Source: a virus (Duplodnaviria > Caudoviricetes). Taken from it: a stretch of DNA of 36,988 nucleotides. The notes below the pieces were generated by a model. The model ran no database searches and was not told the origin of the DNA. It was given only the letters and a program-made list of their open reading frames with translations. Each line of letters opens with the position of its first letter. The first letter of the stretch is position 1. A program made the translations under genes and the position numbers. Shown here piece after piece: positions 27,048 to 34,827 of the stretch. The stretch spans positions 1 to 36,988 of IMG/VR virus record IMGVR_UViG_3300037313_000101; one strand, given 5' to 3'.

Positions 27048-27356
27048 TTAAAGCTCCATTAATTCTTGTATTCTAGCTTTCCTGCGACTACATAGATATG
27101 GAAAGATATGAATAATAATATTACGACACTTCGGTCCAAAAGCATCAAATCTCCATCTAGGTTTATGATGGGGTTTGTTTTTATTGATGTATGGACCTCT
27201 AAGAGTTCCAAATGGGAAAATAGAATGCAATTTTTCCAACACATCCTTATCACACATATCTACCAGCAGATAGGGATGCTTCTCTGAATGAATAGTGAAA
27301 CATCCCTCTCCTTCAATTAATCCAGCCGCCCACGCTAAATCTGTTTCTTTATACAA
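27048..27356 (-). CDS. single-motif LAGLIDADG endonuclease
   Basis: LAWAAGLIEGEGCF motif; PYLCSRRK. Confidence 0.85.
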   Translation of the reverse strand: MYKETDLAWAAGLIEGEGCFTIHSEKHPYLLVDMCDKDVLEKLHSIFPFGTLRGPYINKNKPHHKPRWRFDAFGPKCRNIIIHIFPYLCSRRKARIQELMEL

Positions 27357-29214
27357 TTTCGCAAGCTCCGTTTACACAAGCAAACTCCGAGTAGTTAATG
27401 ACAGAATCGTCTACTTCATATTTGTCGAATTCATCCCAATTAATTTTTGGAAATTCCGAAATTAACTTATTGTATTGCTTTTCGTCAATGTCTTGATAAG
27501 GTGCTTGTTTGTAAACATGATCTGAAAACGGAAGAAAGCTAACGCCGCCAATATCATTGAGATTTTTATATACCCAAGCTCCGACCTCTAACCATTCATT
27601 TTCTTTCACATAAACAGTAATAGATGGATTATGTTCACACCAATATTTCTTAAACTTTAGATAATGTTCTAGTTGAGTAATGGCATTTACATCTTTTCTA
27701 AATACTGCGTTAGTAGGGCTTTTAATCGGAAATGAAAAAACTAGATTAGAAGGATTAGTTACATCAGGTTCGCACGGAACACCATTCTCTTTTAAAAACA
27801 CAGCAAGAGGGTCTTTATGGTCAGACCGAACTGTTCTGATATAGTAGGGATTATGTCGCGGATGGATCCCACTAGCACTGTCTACTAATTGGGAAACAGT
27901 TCCGGACGGCTTTACAGTAGTAATAGAAACGCTGGGAGAAATACCGAGATTTTTAGCAGTAATCTTGTTTGTTTCAATAGCAATTTTCTTCAAATCCTCT
28001 AATAAAGTTTCTGAAGGATTACTAGCTAGTAAAGGACTGTCCATAATCCCTGTTAAACTAACTCCTAGTAATCTTTCCTCTTCACAGTTTTTCTGCCATT
28101 GTTTCCGGATGTATTTGAAATCAGTGAGTGTAGATTGAAAGGTTCCGAGAATAGTCGCAAGTTCAATCTTTCGTTTAAGACTATCAATAGTATCCGATTC
28201 TCGAACGACAACCTCTGACAGATTGCAGAATTCGTATGGTCGGAGAATAATCTCTCCGCATGGATTGGTGCCAAATTCTGCGTCAAACTCTCTGCGACCA
28301 GTAGCCTCTGCCTGCTTTCGTGCAGCAATTCGATTAAATACGCCTCGTTCTCCGCTTTTACTTTCATAAAGAGTCTGCCACTCCTTCATAAAGATACCAA
28401 TGTCAGGACTCTCAGTATACGCCGCAGAGATATTTGCTAAAGCACGTTGCCCTTCGTCAAGCCACCATTGTCCGTTCTTGTAGTTTCGCATCCGTTCATC
28501 AGTAAGATTCGACAAGCAAATGAGCGCCGACCGTCGGACTCCCCCGACAACGACCACTTCAGCGATCTTACAGATAAGATCGGAACATTCAACTGAATTG
28601 AGTTTTCGCCCAGCAGCTTTTGTAAACAGGGCAACAGTAAATGCGAATAACTCTTCGAGGGGTTTTGGACCAGATGCTCGCCCACCAAAAGTCTTGAGTC
28701 TAGCTCCAGAGGCACGGACACGACTAGTATCCCAACTTGGGATTTGCCCTGAATAGAGTAACGAAATAAGTTGACGAAGCGCACTAGCCCAACCTTGTTT
28801 AGAATCTGCAACAACAATGACTGTATCAGTGTCATAAAATTCCTCCGACACATCTGGAAGTTTATTTATGTATTGCCGTTCTACAGAATACCCTACACCT
28901 GTTCCATTCATCAGAATATACATACACTCGTCAAAGGCACGCACATCATCAATAGGCAGATAGGAGCAGTTATAGCCCGCAATGTTATCTCGTTCTAGAG
29001 CAGGCCCAGCAGTCATTAGGGCTCGCATACTAGGCATAATTTCTAAATCATGGACAGCCTTGTAGATGGTGTCATAAGGAAATTGTTCTGGATAGCGTTT
29101 CAACCAAAAATCACAGTACCGTTTTACTGTTTCGTCCCATGTCTCTCGACGACCTTCTTTTTCTAACCATCGAGCATATCGGCTTTTTGCAATAAATTGT
29201 TGATAATCGTTCAA
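27349..29214 (-). CDS. nrdJ: class II (B12-dependent) ribonucleotide reductase
   Basis: PSMRALM, GYNCS, GTNPCGEI, TVKPSGTVS, C-terminal CVNGAC; no small-subunit gene in the window. Confidence 0.9.
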   Translation of the reverse strand: MNDYQQFIAKSRYARWLEKEGRRETWDETVKRYCDFWLKRYPEQFPYDTIYKAVHDLEIMPSMRALMTAGPALERDNIAGYNCSYLPIDDVRAFDECMYILMNGTGVGYSVERQYINKLPDVSEEFYDTDTVIVVADSKQGWASALRQLISLLYSGQIPSWDTSRVRASGARLKTFGGRASGPKPLEELFAFTVALFTKAAGRKLNSVECSDLICKIAEVVVVGGVRRSALICLSNLTDERMRNYKNGQWWLDEGQRALANISAAYTESPDIGIFMKEWQTLYESKSGERGVFNRIAARKQAEATGRREFDAEFGTNPCGEIILRPYEFCNLSEVVVRESDTIDSLKRKIELATILGTFQSTLTDFKYIRKQWQKNCEEERLLGVSLTGIMDSPLLASNPSETLLEDLKKIAIETNKITAKNLGISPSVSITTVKPSGTVSQLVDSASGIHPRHNPYYIRTVRSDHKDPLAVFLKENGVPCEPDVTNPSNLVFSFPIKSPTNAVFRKDVNAITQLEHYLKFKKYWCEHNPSITVYVKENEWLEVGAWVYKNLNDIGGVSFLPFSDHVYKQAPYQDIDEKQYNKLISEFPKINWDEFDKYEVDDSVINYSEFACVNGACEIV

Positions 29215-29456
29215 ATGCTATTGTCTTTCTGCTTTTTAATACGTTCTAATTTTTCTACTTGTTTATAAAGAATTGGAATAATCTCTTCAACAGAACCGGA
29301 AGCAGATGTATAGAACAAACCATCTTCATCCATCTCTAAAGAATTTTGTTTACGAGCCATGACTTCAGCAAAGGCACGAAGCTCATTCATGGTTTCATTG
29401 AAATCCAATTGAGCGGCCTCTAATCCACGTAGGAACTTCTGGAAGGGAGTTATCAT
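29211..29456 (-). CDS. hypothetical protein
   Basis: ATGA-coupled on both sides. Confidence 0.65.
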   Translation of the reverse strand: MITPFQKFLRGLEAAQLDFNETMNELRAFAEVMARKQNSLEMDEDGLFYTSASGSVEEIIPILYKQVEKLERIKKQKDNSI

Positions 29457-29638
29457 TTTTCTTCATTCAACCTAGCTAAAGCATCTTTAAGATACTCATC
29501 AAACTCTTCTTCTTCCTGCAATCGTTTACGATAACGAATCTTATTATGATTCTTGTTACGTAATTCTTGCAGGCGTTCGTCTGCTTCTTTTTTACTCACA
29601 CGCTTCAAGAAGCGCTTCTCGGTTTTGGTCAATTTCAC
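29453..29638 (-). CDS. small highly charged protein
   Basis: ORF track; packing. Confidence 0.55.
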   Translation of the reverse strand: MKLTKTEKRFLKRVSKKEADERLQELRNKNHNKIRYRKRLQEEEEFDEYLKDALARLNEEK

Positions 29639-29751
29639 TTTCCAATACTTCTACTAATTCCCACATAGTAAATCCGATAATATCCAGAAATTCTGTTACA
29701 TCCAGTTTACTAGCAATTAGTTCTTTTAATTCAACTGTCGTTGGTTTCATA
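29592..29751 (-). CDS. small acidic protein (MKPTTVELKELIA...)
   Basis: GGAG upstream of the internal ATG; start coordinate approximate. Confidence 0.55.
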
Positions 29752-30087
29752 TGCAAGGTACTCCACAGGGAGTCCAAGCAATGCCGCAAACTCAATCTCC
29801 CTTTTAATTCCATAACTCTTATCCCATCCCGGCATACAGTACACGTAGAGTTTGGAACATTTTTCTAAAATAGCGAAATCTTGACGTAGCCACCAGTCCC
29901 CATTTTTGATTTCTGTCATCCCATGAACTTCAATCGGGTGGGAGTGAGAGATCGGGCAGAAAATTAATTCTCCCTTTTCCATAAGCTCTGCTGCCTTCTT
30001 GCACACTTCATGAAAACGACGTGTGCGTTGCCGTGCAGAAGGAGCAGAATACGGACTGGCTAAATAAGCTAAACCATTAGTAGACAT
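29731..30087 (-). CDS. DUF1937 / nucleoside 2-deoxyribosyltransferase-like protein
   Basis: YLASPYS, FCPISHSH, GWDKSYGIKREIEFA. Confidence 0.75.
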   Translation of the reverse strand: MSTNGLAYLASPYSAPSARQRTRRFHEVCKKAAELMEKGELIFCPISHSHPIEVHGMTEIKNGDWWLRQDFAILEKCSKLYVYCMPGWDKSYGIKREIEFAALLGLPVEYLAYETNDS

Positions 30088-30337
30088 CGCCGTTCTCCTG
30101 AATCTTCTTATCTTCGTAAAGTGCAGCTACGCGCCTATAAAACTCTTGTTTGGCACCTTCTAAAGCCCCAAGCACATCGTTAATATATTGGTAACGAAGA
30201 CCATGGACCGTTATATACTGTGTCAGCAATACTGTAATACAGTAATTAAGTTCTCCTGCATTTTGTGGAGGGTCTTGGTCATTCATTCCTCCAAGTGGAT
30301 TGACGTAAATTCGTCTTGTAGCGTCAATGTACGGCAT
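30077..30337 (-). CDS. phage hypothetical protein (GELNY motif)
   Basis: MPYI...NAGELNYCIT...KQEFYRR...YEDKKIQENGDVY. Confidence 0.75.
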   Translation of the reverse strand: MPYIDATRRIYVNPLGGMNDQDPPQNAGELNYCITVLLTQYITVHGLRYQYINDVLGALEGAKQEFYRRVAALYEDKKIQENGDVY

Positions 30338-30479
30338 TAAGCATTACCTTTATCATAAATAGATTGGCGAGAGCATAACAACTCCAAACACCAAGCCAAT
30401 TCCAGTCTTGTTTCCATCCTTGTTCAATCCCTGTCCACAGATACGCTAGGCTTACTAGCAGTAGTAGTGTCTTGCTCAC
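30324..30479 (-). CDS. 51-aa two-helix membrane protein (not in ORF track)
   Basis: GTG start with GGAG; MSKTLLLLVSLAYLWTGIEQGWKQDWNWLGVWSCYALANLFMIKVMLNAVH; bridges an otherwise empty gap. Confidence 0.55.
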   Translation of the reverse strand: MSKTLLLLVSLAYLWTGIEQGWKQDWNWLGVWSCYALANLFMIKVMLNAVH

Positions 30480-30852
30480 GTAAATATAACTCCAAACTTG
30501 CTAAAGCATTCCATGCGATTTGAGCACGGTGCAGAAAACCATCAGGATCATAAGGACCGTCAATGGAAAGATTGACCACATGGCGGGCCATAGCATCTGA
30601 ATAGCGGTTAACACCATCGGGAACCGATTCCCAACCCTTCCAAGAATACTTCTTAGCTCCAGCGGCTGAAACGTCTGCCACGGCCTTACAAGCTCGTGGA
30701 AAATAGTCCAGCAATCCTTGAAAAACAGGAGACTTTCCTTCATCCAATTTAGAACCCGGTTCTTTTGGATTCTTACCATTAGGATCTTTCTCAGTTAAAT
30801 ACTTTTCAAAGTCTTCATTAGACATATGTGGAAAATCAAAGATGTTAATCAT
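30424..30852 (-). CDS. dATP/dGTP diphosphohydrolase-like (DUF5664)
   Basis: GSKLDEGK...GAKKYS..GW...RYSDAMARH...H.AQIAWNAL. Confidence 0.8.
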   Translation of the reverse strand: MINIFDFPHMSNEDFEKYLTEKDPNGKNPKEPGSKLDEGKSPVFQGLLDYFPRACKAVADVSAAGAKKYSWKGWESVPDGVNRYSDAMARHVVNLSIDGPYDPDGFLHRAQIAWNALASLELYLREQDTTTASKPSVSVDRD

Positions 30853-31595
30853 ACTCGTTCTGTAGTAAGTTCCAAAGTTGTCTTAATAGCTTTTCTAGCC
30901 CGGCTCCAAGCGCCACATCCCTTACACTGATAGCGTTGATACTTACCAGTAGAAGTGAAACTAAAGCCACGCTTATGAAGATCGGTACTAGCACAATGAG
31001 GGCATACAGCAGATTCTGTTTCTGAATAAAGTCCCATATTGGGATGCCCTTTGATCCAAGGCAGGAATTGGTAGTACACTTCTTCAAGCAAGATAACATC
31101 GTTCTTGTTATACTCCTCCATGACCTTCCATGCCTCTGGATCGTTATTCATACACTTGATCCAAAGCTCGAAGCCTTCATGTTTACTTTTCTTACCAACT
31201 CCTAATGCTTGCGCAACGTAGTCCAACTTGTTAGAAACAAACCGAAACTTATTACGTGCTGTTTTCAGCAAGTCGATTTGCTTGTAAGAAGATGGGGGTT
31301 TCATCCCATTAAGCAGGAACTCTTTATTCAACGTCGGAATATCAAATGCAGAACCATTATAGTGGATCACTGCATCAGCTTCTTCCAGAAGTTTGTGAAT
31401 GCCTTTAAGCATTTTTTTAACTTTAGAGTTAAAGATGCTATCAAAGAAAATCTCTTCGTCACCCAACCATTTAGCTGAGTAACATAACACCTGTCCAGAA
31501 TCAATTAATCTGCTGAGAGGAATATTTTCCTTCCATAAACTCCAGACATATGCTGTGTTGGGCGACGTTTCAACGTCGAGTAACAATAACTTCAT
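30849..31595 (-). CDS. RNase H-fold 3'-5' exonuclease with C-terminal Zn ribbon
   Basis: LLDVETSP, HYNGSAFD, YNKNDV; CPHC...QRYQCKGCG. Confidence 0.85.
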   Translation of the reverse strand: MKLLLLDVETSPNTAYVWSLWKENIPLSRLIDSGQVLCYSAKWLGDEEIFFDSIFNSKVKKMLKGIHKLLEEADAVIHYNGSAFDIPTLNKEFLLNGMKPPSSYKQIDLLKTARNKFRFVSNKLDYVAQALGVGKKSKHEGFELWIKCMNNDPEAWKVMEEYNKNDVILLEEVYYQFLPWIKGHPNMGLYSETESAVCPHCASTDLHKRGFSFTSTGKYQRYQCKGCGAWSRARKAIKTTLELTTERV

Positions 31596-31789
31596 TGAAC
31601 TGTATCTGTAGAAGGAGCATCGAATGTGTCATCATCTTCTTCCTCTTCTTCAGGAAGGAAATCCATTGCTCCGTTTGCCAATAGAAAATTAATTCCTACT
31701 TGTAGGACGAACTCAACTTGGTCTTTATTGAGAGTTCCCTCAAAGGCAATACTCCCGTCTTCATGTAATGTCTTAATTGTAATTTCTAT
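31592..31789 (-). CDS. 65-aa acidic-tail protein with probable ATA start (not in ORF track)
   Basis: GGAG 7 nt before ATA; EITIKTLHEDGSIAFEG...EEEEEDDD; exactly fills the gap, ATGA-coupled to the next gene. Confidence 0.6.
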   Translation of the reverse strand: MEITIKTLHEDGSIAFEGTLNKDQVEFVLQVGINFLLANGAMDFLPEEEEEDDDTFDAPSTDTVQ

Positions 31790-31791
31790 GA

Positions 31792-32136
31792 TTATTCTCC
31801 GTTCAGTCGCCGAAGCAACTGAAAAAAATGTTCTGCACTAACTACTGCTAATGGAATATCTCTATCCATCTTCACGATCACCAAAGGCTCATGCTCCCCA
31901 TGCTCTTGCGCTTGATCGTAATATGTATGAATTTGACTTCTGGCTTTTGATTTAACTTCGATACAATAAGGTACATAATATCTAGCTGCTGGGCTTAATT
32001 GTACATCTTCACCATTCTGGCCCATAGCAGTGCTTCTTACATCATCCTCTTGCAGTTTTGGAAACATACTAAGAATGTAATCTCGTACCCATTGTTGCGC
32101 TCTGCGGCCTTTGGCGCGCGCGCTTGCTGGTTTCAT
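31792..32136 (-). CDS. PD-(D/E)XK nuclease, Holliday-junction resolvase-like
   Basis: SARAKGR, GEDVQLSP, IEVK; GAGGGG RBS. Confidence 0.8.
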   Translation of the reverse strand: MKPASARAKGRRAQQWVRDYILSMFPKLQEDDVRSTAMGQNGEDVQLSPAARYYVPYCIEVKSKARSQIHTYYDQAQEHGEHEPLVIVKMDRDIPLAVVSAEHFFQLLRRLNGE

Positions 32137-32669
32137 TCTCCCCTCCAAATTTGACAGACACGACTAAAAGAAATATTGAACTCTTTAGCCACTTGAAAAG
32201 ATGTTTGAAATCCTTTTCGTGTTTTTATTTCTTCCTTGTCTTCCAAAGATAATTTACCCATAGGACGAACTTCTGTCGGATGTATGTAACGTCCTTTGAT
32301 AATCATATCTTGAACATTATCATTCCATGTACCCAAAAATAAATGCTCTGGATTTACACACCAAGGATTGTCACATGTATGACATATAATTTTGTCTTCT
32401 GGAATAGCTCCGTGATGTAAAAAGTAAGAGACTTGATGTGCCCTAGTCAATCCAAGTTGTTTACAATGCTTACTACCAACTACTTGTGGATAACCGTCCT
32501 TATCACCTGCTGTAGCAAATTTCCAACAGCCGTTCGTTTGCTCTACTCTTTGCCAGAAATATTCATCTAAAGATTTGGCGTGGCGATATTTATTAAGTGG
32601 TCGTAAATTTTTACCTGTGTAATGTTTCTCAGGTTTAGCTGTTCGCCACTTGGCAGACTGTGGGGTCAT
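32133..32669 (-). CDS. HNH homing endonuclease with C-terminal HTH
   Basis: RAHQVSY...ICHTCDNPWCVNPEHLFLGT..DNVQDM. Confidence 0.9.
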   Translation of the reverse strand: MTPQSAKWRTAKPEKHYTGKNLRPLNKYRHAKSLDEYFWQRVEQTNGCWKFATAGDKDGYPQVVGSKHCKQLGLTRAHQVSYFLHHGAIPEDKIICHTCDNPWCVNPEHLFLGTWNDNVQDMIIKGRYIHPTEVRPMGKLSLEDKEEIKTRKGFQTSFQVAKEFNISFSRVCQIWRGE

Positions 32670-32842
32670 TCAATAACCCGTTGGCTAACCGCTCCGCCCA
32701 TTTCACGTTCTCGCTTAGCGGTTCTGATTTCATCTAAAGAATGGCTTCGATAAACACTAACCCATTCTCCATCGCTATTCTTCTTCTCTAAGATATACTT
32801 AACAGAAAAATCTTCGTATGTTCGTTCTACAATCCTATACAA
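32666..32842 (-). CDS. 58-aa hypothetical protein (not in ORF track)
   Basis: GGAG + TTG; MYRIVERTYEDFSVKY...; ATGA-coupled to the HNH gene. Confidence 0.6.
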   Translation of the reverse strand: MYRIVERTYEDFSVKYILEKKNSDGEWVSVYRSHSLDEIRTAKREREMGGAVSQRVIE

Positions 32843-32844
32843 TA

Positions 32845-33598
32845 TTAATCTCCAAATTTAGGCGGCTGCCAAATATCGTTTTCCTTCCGCCAAATCCACA
32901 AAACTTTTGCATTCATTATGAACTCTTCGTCTGAAGAGAAGCAAGCTCTCGTAGCCTCAAAGAGTTCTCGTTCATTAGTTGCATCCAGTAAGATTCGTCC
33001 TGCTTTAACTTTTCCAATTCCTGCTGCACCTTTAACATTGTCAGCCGTATCTCCAACAAGGATTTGTGTATAGAAGTGTGTAAGTCCAGCAAACTCTTCC
33101 ACTCGTAATATTTCACTGGGTCGAACCCATCGAGTTCCATTGTTTATTCCACTAATTTCAAATGAGTAATGATTGCCGGGGATCATCCGTAAATCTTTGT
33201 CGATTGAGCAGATGATTGTTTCATCAGGAGGCCATTCCACTCCAATAGGGAGTGGTCCTTTTCTGAGTTTTTCAGCTTGGCATTGCGCTATTCCTAGAAG
33301 ATCGTCGGCTTCACAGCAGTCAGCTACTTGTGCGTTATACTTCTCGACTAAGTAGTTCTTTAGGTCTTTTAAGTGTCGCGGTTTTGGGGCCGTTCTATTG
33401 GCCTTGTATTCCGGATAAATGTCGTAGCGAAAGTTCTTTTCGCCAGAGAGAAATATTGAAAACTCGTCAGCACCTGTTTCGGCTAACGTGTTGTCAATCA
33501 TTTCCTCCATTCGCCATATCGCTCTGCCTAAATCGTCGTTTTCAGCAGATGCGGCTGATCGAAATGCAAAAAATGTCACCATCTAAAAGAGCTTTCAG
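32845..33598 (-). CDS. 5'-3' exonuclease (T7 gp6/FEN family), frameshifted near N-terminus
   Basis: NFR..IYPEYKANR, EADD, IDKDL, GDTADNVKG..GIG motifs; N-terminal KALLDGDIF is in another frame from a CTG start. Confidence 0.85.
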
Positions 33599-33612
33599 AT
33601 GGACCTCCTTCC

Positions 33613-33628
33613 ATTAACTATTGTTAAT
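33613..33628. promoter_or_regulatory. palindromic motif copy 7 (opposite orientation)
   Basis: ATTAACTATTGTTAAT between the tRNA CCA end and the exonuclease RBS. Confidence 0.75.
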
Positions 33629-33630
33629 AC

Positions 33631-33706
33631 TGGAGCGGGTAGTCAGTAACGATCTGATCTATTACAGTTTGGAAGACTGCCGTGTATCCATAAACACTTT
33701 ACCCGC
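33631..33706 (-). tRNA. tRNA-Gly(TCC), atypical T arm
   Basis: GCGGGTA/TACCCGC acceptor, U73, encoded CCA, loop CT-TCC-AA. Confidence 0.85.
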
Positions 33707-33707
33707 A

Positions 33708-33781
33708 TGGTGCCGAATGAGAGAATCGAACTCCCGTAAACGGATTACAAAACCGTCGTAATACCACTATACTAATCCGGC
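33708..33781 (-). tRNA. tRNA-Thr(TGT)
   Basis: GCCGGAT/ATTCGGC acceptor, GTTCGATTC T loop, loop TT-TGT-AA, encoded CCA. Confidence 0.9.
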
Positions 33782-33854
33782 TGGTCGGGATGCTTGGTGT
33801 CGAAACCAAGATTGTGCAGCCTACGGCTACCTGACTTCGTTAGTCGACATCCCT
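33782..33854 (-). ncRNA. tRNA-like RNA (non-canonical cloverleaf, CCA end)
   Basis: GGGATG/CATCCC acceptor, CTTGG-TTTCGACA-CCAAG T arm, ACCA end abutting tRNA-Thr; D and anticodon arms aberrant. Confidence 0.65.
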
Positions 33855-33860
33855 TATTCT

Positions 33861-34016
33861 TTATTTAGCGATAATAGAGAAGCCAAATTTAGAATAATCG
33901 TCCGAGTAAGAGCCGGTCAACTTAGTAACCAGTCGGCGGACATACTTCCTAGCTTCTTCATAAGAAGCAAACTTCTTACTGTTGTAACGCTTGTTAAGCA
34001 AACGGATAATATACAC
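33861..34016 (-). CDS. 51-aa basic protein (not in ORF track)
   Basis: AAGGA + GTG; MYIIRLLNKRYNSKKFASYEEARKYVRR... Confidence 0.6.
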   Translation of the reverse strand: MYIIRLLNKRYNSKKFASYEEARKYVRRLVTKLTGSYSDDYSKFGFSIIAK

Positions 34017-34032
34017 TTTATTTCCTTTTTCT

Positions 34033-34233
34033 TTATTCAACTAAATTACGAATCTTTGCAGCAATGTTAGTGGCTCTAGCAGATTCTTTATGGTGAAACT
34101 CAGAGGCTTCTTGGGCTTTCTGAACAATCTGCTCATAATCAAAAGCTGATTGTGTATGTTGAACTGCTTTGTCTTCTAATTGCTTTGCAAGTTTAACGAA
34201 CTTGCTGATTAATGAATCAACTGTTGAAAACAT
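34033..34233 (-). CDS. small coiled-coil protein
   Basis: ORF track; packing. Confidence 0.65.
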   Translation of the reverse strand: MFSTVDSLISKFVKLAKQLEDKAVQHTQSAFDYEQIVQKAQEASEFHHKESARATNIAAKIRNLVE

Positions 34234-34732
34234 CTAAACCACCCTTTTCGTCGTTATATTCTGTTGCAAACACCCAATCAGTATACTTCTGAGCTAACTC
34301 AATCACGGCATTGGGGTCCAAGGCAGCCTTTGCGCCCGGAGAGAGGGTTTCCACAGCACTCGACAGGCTGCTCTGTTTCACAATCAGCACTTGCCGTGCT
34401 GCCCTCTCCTCCTTCGTTTCGTAATTGCTGCCACTCACACGAGTCGTACCGGAAACACCCGGGCTGGCTACGTTTGTAGTGTTGTTTGCACCAACAGGTG
34501 CTACCGATTTCCATTCGTCGTATCCTGCATCATTTTTACCAGTAGTAACTTCTACTGTTTGTCCAACATATTCTTGAACTCGTTTAAAAACTTCCGGGTT
34601 ACTGAAAGAACGAATTGTCCACTTCTTTTCTTCACCACGAAGATCATAAATAACTACAGCGTTACTATAACCTTTACCCCGGCCACGACCGGGAACATTC
34701 TCAATACTAACCGATTTAATTAATACCAGCAT
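34217..34732 (-). CDS. putative single-stranded DNA-binding protein
   Basis: Beta-rich N-terminal half, acidic/aromatic tail, own strong promoter, next to the polymerase. Confidence 0.5.
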   Translation of the reverse strand: MLVLIKSVSIENVPGRGRGKGYSNAVVIYDLRGEEKKWTIRSFSNPEVFKRVQEYVGQTVEVTTGKNDAGYDEWKSVAPVGANNTTNVASPGVSGTTRVSGSNYETKEERAARQVLIVKQSSLSSAVETLSPGAKAALDPNAVIELAQKYTDWVFATEYNDEKGGLDVFNS

Positions 34733-34769
34733 CAATTTCCTTTATTAAAAATAAATACCTTATATAAAT

Positions 34770-34798
34770 ATTGTAACATTAATTGAACTTTAAGTCAA
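34770..34798 (-). promoter_or_regulatory. sigma70 promoter driving the SSB-like/tRNA operon
   Basis: Minus strand TTGACT-17 bp-TACAAT with extended -10 TG. Confidence 0.8.
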
Positions 34799-34827
34799 GT
34801 TTCGTTTCTACGAAACCCAGACGAGCT

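Noticed and set aside
33782-33854. Calling the third RNA tRNA-Tyr(GTA)
   Set aside because: No U33, no long variable arm, and the loop can close by pairing; kept as tRNA-like only
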